Positions 10,204 through 17,548 of a DNA stretch of 41,967 nucleotides are shown here, in pieces; the stretch's first letter is position 1; every line of letters begins with the position of its first letter. A model generated the notes under the pieces. The model searched no databases and had not been told where the DNA came from. It worked only from the letters and a program-made list of their open reading frames with translations. The translations under genes were made by a program, and so were the position numbers. Origin of the DNA: an uncultured Halobellus sp. (lineage in GTDB: Archaea > Halobacteriota > Halobacteria > Halobacteriales > Haloferacaceae); the NCBI GenBank assembly GCA_964574565.1, contig CAZNOA010000001.1, positions 1 through 41,967 on the forward strand, written 5' to 3'.

Positions 10204-10661
10204 GCACTCGTTCAATACCCGCATATGTATACGTATTCTGCCTCGCTCAGCGCTACCTTCTCAGTATTCTTCTCCGAATCGGACGAATGTAGATCGAAAC
10301 GGTTCTCAGTTACGCTTTTGTCGATCACCATCGCTGCGGGACGCGGGCGGTTCTCCGCGTGAACGACCCCACCGCGTCCGTCGACATCGTTTCTCATCGG
10401 CTCCCCTCACTGACAAGCGGTACTGAGACGTGCTGACGCGGATCCGAGACGCCCCTGAACCGTGATGCTGCTGGACTGAGGCCTCTCTGATCCGGGGGTT
10501 GTAACACGCCGGCCGCGACCACGACCGGTCGCATCGCCCGACCGTTCGGACCGAGGTTCGGGGTCCGGAGACAACCGCTCTTTCAGCACACCAACTGAGG
10601 CTTGGTAACTATCCACAAACCTTCAATGGAGCTCCGTTCGATGCGGTATTTAGGGAGCATT

Positions 10662-12041
10662 ATGTCACGTCACGCGAAATCAGCCGGTTCGGGATTCACT
10701 GTCGGTGGCGGGACCGAGTTCGACTCCGTCCGGGAGGTGTTGGCCAAGGCGAACGAGGAGAAGACGGGGGACGAACTCGCCGGTCTCGCGGCCGACACGG
10801 AGGCGGAACGCGTCGCCGCCAAGCGGGCGCTGGCGGGGACCCGTCTGGAGACGCTCCGCGAGAACCCGGTCGTTCCGTACGACGACGACGAGGTGACTCG
10901 CGTCATTCAAGACGCCGTCCGTGAGCCGGTGTACGAACGGATCCGCGGCTGGACCGTCGCGGACCTCCGGGAGTTCCTCGTCGACTCGGAGACGACCGAC
11001 CGAGAGATCCGAGCGATCCGACCGGGGCTCACGAGCGAGATGATCGCCGCCGTAACGAAGCTGATGACGAACATGGACCTGGTCTTAGCTACCTCGAAGA
11101 TGGAGGTGACCGCCCGGTGTAACAACACCGTCGGCACCGACGGGGCGCTCTCGTTTCGGCTCCAGCCGAACGATCCATCGGACGACGTCGAGCGGATCCT
11201 CGATGCGACCCGGGAGGGGCTCTCCTACGGCGTCGGCGACGCGGTGATCGGCATCAACCCGGTCGAAGATGGCGTCGGGACGGTGACGGACATCCTCGAG
11301 GCCACCCACGACCTGATCGAGGAGTGGTCGATCCCGACTCAGAACTGCTGTCTCGCGCACGTGACCACGCAGATGGACGCGATTCGCGAGGGCGCGCCGG
11401 CGGACCTCGTGTTCCAGAGCCTCGCCGGGACGGAGGCCGGAAACGACGAGTTCGGCGTCGACGTCGACCTCCTCGACGAGGCGCACGACCTCGCGTTACG
11501 TCGGTCGACCGCCTCGGGTCCGAACGTCACCTACTTCGAGACCGGACAGGGGTCAGAGCTGTCGGGCGACGCCCACGAAGGGGTCGATCAGCTCACGCTG
11601 GAGGCGCGCTGTTACGGGCTCGCGAAGCGGTACGACCCGTTCATGGTGAACACGGTCGTCGGCTTCATTGGGCCGGAGTACCTCTACGACGGTCGGCAGG
11701 TGATCCGCGCCGGGTTAGAGGACGTGTTCATGGGCCAACTGCACGGCATTCCGATGGGGATCGACGCCTGCTACACGAACCACATCCAGGCGGATCAGAA
11801 CGACATCGAGAACCTCGCGGTGTTGCTCGCGGCCGCGGGCGCGAACTTCTTTATCACCGTCCCGATGGGCGACGACGTAATGTTAAACTACCAGTCGAAC
11901 AGCTACCACGACGCCGCCGCGCTCTGGGAGGTCTTCGATTTGGGGCCCGCACCCGAGTTCCGCGACTGGCTCGCCGACGTGGGGTTATGGGAGAACGGCC
12001 GACTGACCGGGCGCGCCGGCGACCCGACGGTGTTCACGTGA
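10662..12041 (+). CDS. eutB: Ethanolamine ammonia-lyase large subunit (AdoCbl-dependent)
   Basis: RLQPN, GDAVIGINP, FETGQGSELS, NTVVGFIGPEYLYDG, CYTNH, DVMLNYQS; ATG at 10662. Confidence 0.96.
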   Translation: MSRHAKSAGSGFTVGGGTEFDSVREVLAKANEEKTGDELAGLAADTEAERVAAKRALAGTRLETLRENPVVPYDDDEVTRVIQDAVREPVYERIRGWTVADLREFLVDSETTDREIRAIRPGLTSEMIAAVTKLMTNMDLVLATSKMEVTARCNNTVGTDGALSFRLQPNDPSDDVERILDATREGLSYGVGDAVIGINPVEDGVGTVTDILEATHDLIEEWSIPTQNCCLAHVTTQMDAIREGAPADLVFQSLAGTEAGNDEFGVDVDLLDEAHDLALRRSTASGPNVTYFETGQGSELSGDAHEGVDQLTLEARCYGLAKRYDPFMVNTVVGFIGPEYLYDGRQVIRAGLEDVFMGQLHGIPMGIDACYTNHIQADQNDIENLAVLLAAAGANFFITVPMGDDVMLNYQSNSYHDAAALWEVFDLGPAPEFRDWLADVGLWENGRLTGRAGDPTVFT

Positions 12042-12043
12042 CC

Positions 12044-12853
12044 ATGTCGACCGACGACACCCCTCCGGAAGACTCCCGTGACGAGACGTCCGAGGGCGCC
12101 CCCGCCGCCGATATCGGCGTCGACGACCCAGTCGATCCGGAGCTGCTCGATCGGATCGTTTCCCGGAGCCCCTCGCGGCTCGGCGTCGGCCGCGTCGGCC
12201 CGCGACCGCGGACGGAGACGCTGTTGCGCTTCCGCGAGGATCACGGGCTCGCCCGCGACGCGGTGTCCAGCCGGGTGGGCGACGAGTTGATAGCGCGGCT
12301 CGGCCTCGTTCGCGTCCGGACCCTCGTCGAGAGCCACGAACAGTACCTCGCTCGCCCCGACCTCGGTCGAGAGATTTCAGAGGACACCGCCGCGGAGCTT
12401 CGCGAGCGCTGCCAGACGGACCCGCAGGTACAGGTGATCGTCAGCGACGGACTCAGCTCGACCGCCATCGAGGCGAACCTCCCCGACCTGCTGCCGGCGC
12501 TGCTCGACGGACTCGAGGCGCGCGGCCTCGACGCCGGCACGCCGGTGTTCGTCGAATACGGCCGCGTCGACGCCATGGACGCGATCGGCGAGGAGCTCGG
12601 CGCGGAAGCCTGCGTCATTCTCATCGGGGAGCGTCCGGGGCTCCGGACCGCGGAAAGTCTCAGCGCGTACGCCGTCTACGGGCCCGAACGCGGCACCCCG
12701 ACCGCGAGGAAATCGGTCATCTCGAACATCCACGCCGGCGGACTCCCCCCGGCGGAGGCGGGCGCGGCGGTCGCGGACCTGCTCGCGGAGATGTGCGAAG
12801 CGGAAGCGAGCGGGCTCGACTTACGCGAAGACGACCGAGATTTCCAGAAGTAG
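12044..12853 (+). CDS. eutC: Ethanolamine ammonia-lyase small subunit
   Basis: RLGVGRVGPRPRT, DHGLARDAV, YLARPDLGR, SDGLSS, LIGERPGL, ISNIH; ATG at 12044 just after the eutB stop. Confidence 0.95.
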   Translation: MSTDDTPPEDSRDETSEGAPAADIGVDDPVDPELLDRIVSRSPSRLGVGRVGPRPRTETLLRFREDHGLARDAVSSRVGDELIARLGLVRVRTLVESHEQYLARPDLGREISEDTAAELRERCQTDPQVQVIVSDGLSSTAIEANLPDLLPALLDGLEARGLDAGTPVFVEYGRVDAMDAIGEELGAEACVILIGERPGLRTAESLSAYAVYGPERGTPTARKSVISNIHAGGLPPAEAGAAVADLLAEMCEAEASGLDLREDDRDFQK

Positions 12854-12876
12854 CGCGATCTCCGAAATGCGAGGAT

Positions 12877-14367
12877 CTATCGCCCGAACGCGAGCGTCTT
12901 CACGACGACCGGGACCGCGTCACGGCCGTCGAACGGCTCGCCGACATCGAGCCGGACGCCTTCCTCCAGCCGGAGTTCGTCGACGACCGCAATGGGCCGG
13001 TCGGTCCGCGTCGACAGGAGCTGGCCGAGCACGTTCGCGCAGTTCTCACGTGTCACCACCACCACCGGGAGATCGGTCACACCGTCGGCGTGAGACGAGC
13101 CGTCGGCTCCGACCGCCTCCAGTGCGTCGGCGATTCGCTCCGCCGTCGCCGTGAGGTCATCGTACGCGAGGGAGCCGATATCCGAGACGTACAACGCGAG
13201 TCCGTCGACCTCGGCGGGATCGTACAGTTCGCTCGCGGTGCGAACCGCGCGTTCGAACCGGTCGTCCCGACCCGTCGCGCCGTCCGAGTCATCGCCAGCG
13301 TTCGAGGGGTCGACCGCGATCACCGGTACGTCCCGCAGCGGGAGCGATTCGCCGGGGAGCCACACCGTTCGGCCGCTGAACGTCGTCGACTCCGTTCCGA
13401 CGCCGACGACGGTGGCGCGAAGGTCTTCGGCGAGCGCGACCGGCGCCTCCGGGAGCTTCAACTGCCCCCGGACGGCGTCACCGAGTGCCGACGCGAGCAG
13501 CGGTCCGAGGTCGCCGTACCGGAACGGATCGGTTTCCGGAGCGCCTCGAGAGTCGTTCACGAGACTCCCCACGCCACCGGTCACGACGACGTCGTCGACG
13601 ACGACCGGGGCGTCCGGCAGCGATCCGATCGCGAGCGACTCGACGATCGGAGCGAAGGGCGGCCCGACGAGCAGCGCAGCGATCGCGTCGGCGGCCGCCG
13701 CCGCCAGTGGCCGAAGCCCCTCGACCGAGGCCGGATCGCCGACCGCGATATCGAGGCCGTGAGCCGCGCAGAGTCGCTCCGCTTCCGGGGACAGCGACTC
13801 GATCCGGCCTCCCTCGATCCGGACCATCCGTGCCCCGACGTCGAGACAGCGCGTGTCGACGACGCCGTCCGGATCGAACGTCGCGACGTTGGTCGTCCCG
13901 CCGCCCACGTCCACGTTGGCGACCGTCCGACGGGTCGTCCGAGCCCGGTCGGCGGCACCGGACCCGCGCCCCGCGAGTACCGCCTCCAGCGCCGCGCCCG
14001 CCGCCGCGGCGACGAACGACCCGGAATCGCCCGCGATCCGATGCACGAGCGGTTCGGCGTTCCGTCGTTTCGCCGTCTCGCCGGTAACGATGACCGCACC
14101 GGTCTCGACGTCCGCGGTCGTGACGCCCGCCGCCGCGAACGCGTCTTCCACGAGTCCGGCGACGCGCTCGATGTCGACCGTCTCCGGGTCCCGTAGCGGA
14201 GTCGCATGGACGGGGCTCCTGTAGACCACCTCTCGATCGCGGATCTCCGGGGCCGCCGCGCCGTCGTGTATCGGCTCGGAGACTCGGAGCCGGCTGACGA
14301 CGACTTGCGTCGTCGTTGTTCCGACGTCGACGCCAATGCTAGTGAGGCGGTCGTCGCCGGGACTCAT
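12877..14367 (-). CDS. eutA: Ethanolamine ammonia-lyase reactivating factor EutA
   Basis: SIGVDVGTTTTQVVVS, TGAVIVTGET, AGAALEAVLAGRGSGA, NVDVGGGTTN, PVVVKTLAF; start MSPGDD at 14367. Confidence 0.93.
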   Translation of the reverse strand: MSPGDDRLTSIGVDVGTTTTQVVVSRLRVSEPIHDGAAAPEIRDREVVYRSPVHATPLRDPETVDIERVAGLVEDAFAAAGVTTADVETGAVIVTGETAKRRNAEPLVHRIAGDSGSFVAAAAGAALEAVLAGRGSGAADRARTTRRTVANVDVGGGTTNVATFDPDGVVDTRCLDVGARMVRIEGGRIESLSPEAERLCAAHGLDIAVGDPASVEGLRPLAAAAADAIAALLVGPPFAPIVESLAIGSLPDAPVVVDDVVVTGGVGSLVNDSRGAPETDPFRYGDLGPLLASALGDAVRGQLKLPEAPVALAEDLRATVVGVGTESTTFSGRTVWLPGESLPLRDVPVIAVDPSNAGDDSDGATGRDDRFERAVRTASELYDPAEVDGLALYVSDIGSLAYDDLTATAERIADALEAVGADGSSHADGVTDLPVVVVTRENCANVLGQLLSTRTDRPIAVVDELRLEEGVRLDVGEPFDGRDAVPVVVKTLAFGR

Positions 14368-14496
14368 CGGTCGGCTTCGAACTGCTCTGTCGCTTTCGGA
14401 TCGCTCATACGGTGTCCTCAATCCGGCCAATAGTAGTTGTACCGCCCAGATCGGTAACATTCGGGTGTCGGTTGGGGAGCGGGTTCGGACTCGAAT

Positions 14497-14516
14497 ATCA
14501 TATAGCGGTATATGAT
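14497..14516. promoter_or_regulatory. Perfect palindrome ATCATATA-GCGG-TATATGAT between the eutA start and the recombinase 3' end
   Basis: 8-bp perfect AT-rich arms read directly from the sequence; function inferred. Confidence 0.5.
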
Positions 14517-14614
14517 TTATGTGGTTAGAATCCACCGCACACATAGACCTTTTAGAAACAACAGAATCTGGCGTCGGCCGAAATAGCGGAACATCAAGGC
14601 GAAAGCCTCGCCGT

Positions 14615-15649
14615 TCACGCGAGCAGTCGGTAGATGTTCGCCTCGTACGTCTCTCTGACCTGATCGCCCCAGTTGTGCGTGTACGTGTCGATCACGTCGT
14701 CGGCGACGTCTCCCCGCAGGTATTTGACCACGCCCCGATCACCGGTACGGTCACGGAGGTGCGTGGTGAAGAAGTGCCTGAAGTAGTGGGGGGTAACGTT
14801 CTCGGCGGCACCGCCGCCGGTTCGGTACCAGCCCGCCTCACGGGCGTATCTCTCGACGATATGGCGGACTGCTTCGGGATCGAGACGCTCACCCCATCCC
14901 TCAGCGGTCCCGACGAACAGCGGATCGGCGGGCGACGGCGTATCCGGCCGGATCGCGAGCCACCGCTTCAGCGTACGAGCCAGCTCGTCGTCAACGGGTA
15001 TCACGGTTCCGCGCTTCCGCTTGTTCGATGCGGCTCGTACTTCACCGTTCAGTTCCTCGCCAACCGCTGCATCAGACGTCACGTACAGCGAATTCGGCCG
15101 ATCGGAGAGAACCGGGCGTCCGCCGAGCGCGTACGCCTCGGTCAACTCGTCGTCCTCGACAGCGAGGTCTCGAAGATCGAGGTTACAACACTCGCCGACT
15201 CGCATCCCCGTCTTGAGAAGCGTCACGACGAGCGCTCTGTGTAGCGGGTGCCTGATCCCCGTGACGAACGCACGCATCGCGGGAATCGGTATGTCGCGCC
15301 GAGCGGGGTCCTTATCGACGGTCTCGTCCATCTCTTCCATCACGAGCGTCATCGGGTTCCCCTCGAACGCCCCGACCTCGGTCATGTACCCGTAAAACCG
15401 GTGGAGGTACGCCGCGTACGTCGCGACCGTGCTGTCGGCGACGTCCCCACGCAGCGAGTGAACGAACGCCATGCAGTCGCGGTGCGTCGCCGTCCCTGGC
15501 GTCGTTCCCGCGTCGAGAAACGCCTCGAAGCGCCGGAGCACACGCTCGTACGAGTCCCGTGTCCGTTCCGTCTTCCCGTGGTACGTGAGATCCTCGATGA
15601 AGTAACCGATCGGGTCGTCTACCTCGGCCGGTGTGCTGGCGCTACTCAT
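14615..15649 (-). CDS. Tyrosine recombinase (XerA/XerC-like, haloarchaeal type)
   Basis: N-terminal core-binding region (TERTRDSYERVLRRF, STVATYAAYLHRFY); catalytic KTGMRVGE, KRKR, PHYFRHFFTT, YLRGD, DTYTH. Confidence 0.93.
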   Translation of the reverse strand: MSSASTPAEVDDPIGYFIEDLTYHGKTERTRDSYERVLRRFEAFLDAGTTPGTATHRDCMAFVHSLRGDVADSTVATYAAYLHRFYGYMTEVGAFEGNPMTLVMEEMDETVDKDPARRDIPIPAMRAFVTGIRHPLHRALVVTLLKTGMRVGECCNLDLRDLAVEDDELTEAYALGGRPVLSDRPNSLYVTSDAAVGEELNGEVRAASNKRKRGTVIPVDDELARTLKRWLAIRPDTPSPADPLFVGTAEGWGERLDPEAVRHIVERYAREAGWYRTGGGAAENVTPHYFRHFFTTHLRDRTGDRGVVKYLRGDVADDVIDTYTHNWGDQVRETYEANIYRLLA

Positions 15650-16022
15650 CGATTAGGGTGTACCCGCCTTTCCGTCCGTTGTACCGGACGCGGTTGCGGT
15701 CCTGCAGCGAGTCGAGGGCGTTCTCAAGCTGCGTTTCGAAATCGCCGACGACCGCGTCGACGAGCTCTTCCCACGAGAGCGGCTCCTCGGAGAGCGCGAC
15801 TTCGACCTGCTTTTCGAGGCCGTCACCCCCGGGGTTAGACCCCTCGGATACGGGTTCAACGGGGTTCTCTGATCCGGATACTGAAAACCCACGTCTCCCG
15901 GCCTGTACCATCGTTCTGACGAACTCGCTCTGTGACATCCCCAACTCCTCGGCGTGGTCCTGCCACCGACTCTTCTGTTCGGCCGGAACGTACGTTTTCA
16001 CCGACCGGCGATCGTCGCTCAT
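15642..16022 (-). CDS. Small DNA-binding protein (ribbon-helix-helix-like N-terminus, wHTH-like C-terminus; DUF5805-like), coupled to the recombinase
   Basis: VKTYVPAEQKSRWQDHAEELGMSQSEFVRTMVQAG fits an RHH pattern; the stop overlaps the recombinase start by 8 nt. Confidence 0.8.
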   Translation of the reverse strand: MSDDRRSVKTYVPAEQKSRWQDHAEELGMSQSEFVRTMVQAGRRGFSVSGSENPVEPVSEGSNPGGDGLEKQVEVALSEEPLSWEELVDAVVGDFETQLENALDSLQDRNRVRYNGRKGGYTLIDE

Positions 16023-16068
16023 CGTTCGTACACCGGTTCTCCAGCCGACGACTTCAATCTATCCCACA

Positions 16069-16096
16069 TTTCCGGATAAGGTCACTTATACCCAAA
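16069..16096. other. dif-like Xer recombination site TTTCCGGATAA-GGTCAC-TTATACCCAAA
   Basis: 11-6-11 architecture with inner ATAA/TTAT as in known dif sites. The inverted repeat extends to 16065-16100 (12/15 matches) and lies about 47 bp upstream of the RHH-recombinase operon. Confidence 0.7.
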
Positions 16097-16101
16097 TGTG
16101 A

Positions 16102-16169
16102 GACTACAATATGCCCGGTGTCGTCTAAATGTGCTAAAATCTGGGACTACAATATCTCTTATGTAGTCC
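16102..16169. promoter_or_regulatory. Repeated operator-like motifs: GACTACAATAT x2 and inverted repeat GGACTACA-N10-TGTAGTCC
   Basis: Direct repeats at 16102-16112 and 16145-16155; inverted repeat at 16144-16169. Confidence 0.5.
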
Positions 16170-16588
16170 TATTTATCTGGATATTCTTTTTAGTTGGATG
16201 TGATAAGGTAGCACTTCACAAAGCGTGGACTCTCTGAGGCACAACAGCCGACGATCTTGGCCACGCGATCTCGTGTGGCGGTACACTCCGGTGAGTTCGG
16301 ACGGCGTCTGTGAACAGCCCGTGGGATTCCGGTCGACGCCACAGGGGATTCCGGATCACCCGTCTACCGGCCAACTTCCCCGTCGAGGCTTCGCCCGGAA
16401 ACTCGTACCGTAATTCCGACCGACTCATCACTTGTCGCCGACACGGCGAACTCAGGTGGGAGCAGTGAATACGTGGGCCTTCATGGACGCGAACTCCTCG
16501 CCCTCAGCGGCCGTCAGAGTCGTTCGGACCGAACGGCGTATTCGGGCACGGACACGTATATCATATTTCGCGATATAGAGCGGATAGA

Positions 16589-17494
16589 TCAGAGGCTGAT
16601 CTCGGATGCGACCGTTTCGACGTCGAGGCGGTCGACTGCCCGCTCGACGTCCACGTCGCGTTCGGCCGCGTTCCGCATCAACACTGTCTCGCTCGGGAAC
16701 AGGTGTTCGCCGACAGCGAGGCCGTGTTCGCGGGCCGTAGAGCCGGTTACGGTGAGGTAGACGCCGAGTCCGGCCCGGGCGATGGCCGCCTCTTCTTCCT
16801 CGTCGGCGTCCGGGTAGACGAACTCGACGCCGCGCAGCGCGTCCGTCCCCAACACCGCGGTGACGAGTCGCTCGTATCGTGGCGAGATACACAGCCCGCC
16901 TTCGTAGTCGTCGAAGAACCCACGGTCGAGCTTGGTTCCGGGATCGACCTGCTCGGGACGGCCCATCAACGTGTGATAGACGGTGTCTCCGAGCCCGTTG
17001 ACGACGCGAACGTCGGTGTCCATCGGGTCGATCCGCTCGTTGATATCCGCGATGTCGGAGAGCCCGCTCGGACGGATGCCGACGACCTCCTCTAAGACGA
17101 GGTCGGCGGAGTCGAACCCGAGCGCGAACTCGTGGGTCCGGAGGGCTCTGAACGGCTCCTCGCGGCCCACGAGCTTCAGCCGAACGTCGCCGAGTTCGAC
17201 CGTCGCCGCGTCGAAAACGATACGCCTGGGCTTCCCGTCCCGGTCGTCACGCATCAGAGTGAACTCCGGGTGGTTCGGCTCGCCGGGGTCCGAGTACTCC
17301 GACAACCGCTCGTACGGGCCGTCGTCGGCCTCGACGCCACCCTTGGTGATCGCCTTCTCGTATCGGAGCGTGTTGCTCACCCGGTCGGCGAGGCGGTCGA
17401 GCCGATCGTCGGTTCCGACGCTCGCGATCCGTTCGAGGACCGCTTCCAGCGGTCGGCCTTTCCGCGGAACGGCCACCGGTACCGGTTCGCTCAT
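16589..17494 (-). CDS. Hypothetical protein with divergent ATP-phosphoribosyltransferase (HisG)-like motifs
   Basis: VAVPRKGRP, ALGFDSADLVLEE, ISPRYERLV, EEEAA...YLTVTGSTAREHGL...LFPSETVLMRN parallel the HisG motifs in order. Confidence 0.7.
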   Translation of the reverse strand: MSEPVPVAVPRKGRPLEAVLERIASVGTDDRLDRLADRVSNTLRYEKAITKGGVEADDGPYERLSEYSDPGEPNHPEFTLMRDDRDGKPRRIVFDAATVELGDVRLKLVGREEPFRALRTHEFALGFDSADLVLEEVVGIRPSGLSDIADINERIDPMDTDVRVVNGLGDTVYHTLMGRPEQVDPGTKLDRGFFDDYEGGLCISPRYERLVTAVLGTDALRGVEFVYPDADEEEEAAIARAGLGVYLTVTGSTAREHGLAVGEHLFPSETVLMRNAAERDVDVERAVDRLDVETVASEISL

Positions 17495-17548
17495 TACCGA
17501 AGGTGCGTCGCCGCGGCTAAAACGGGTTGCGCTTTCGGATCGGCTCGG

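Noticed and set aside
10230-10660. Cobalamin or TPP riboswitch in the long region upstream of eutB
   Set aside because: No B12-box/GGGAA...GCCACTG pattern is visible. Scattered TPP-like words (CTGAGA, CTGATCCGG...CCGG) have the wrong spacing and lack the closing motif. An Infernal/Rfam scan would be decisive.
14615-16022. Provirus or integrative element driven by the integrase
   Set aside because: No tRNA target, long att repeats, or viral, replication or conjugation genes; the pair looks like a chromosomal Xer-type locus.
16023-16230. Replication origin (oriC) in the AT-rich patch
   Set aside because: No ORB repeats with G-strings and no adjacent orc1/cdc6 gene; the dif-like reading fits better.
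16216-16560. Small ORFs or an ncRNA between the dif-like region and the HisG-like gene
   Set aside because: The ORFs lack haloarchaeal acidic composition, and only short hairpins/repeats (GGATTCCGG x2, CGTTCGG-A-CCGAACG) are seen, which is not enough to support a call.
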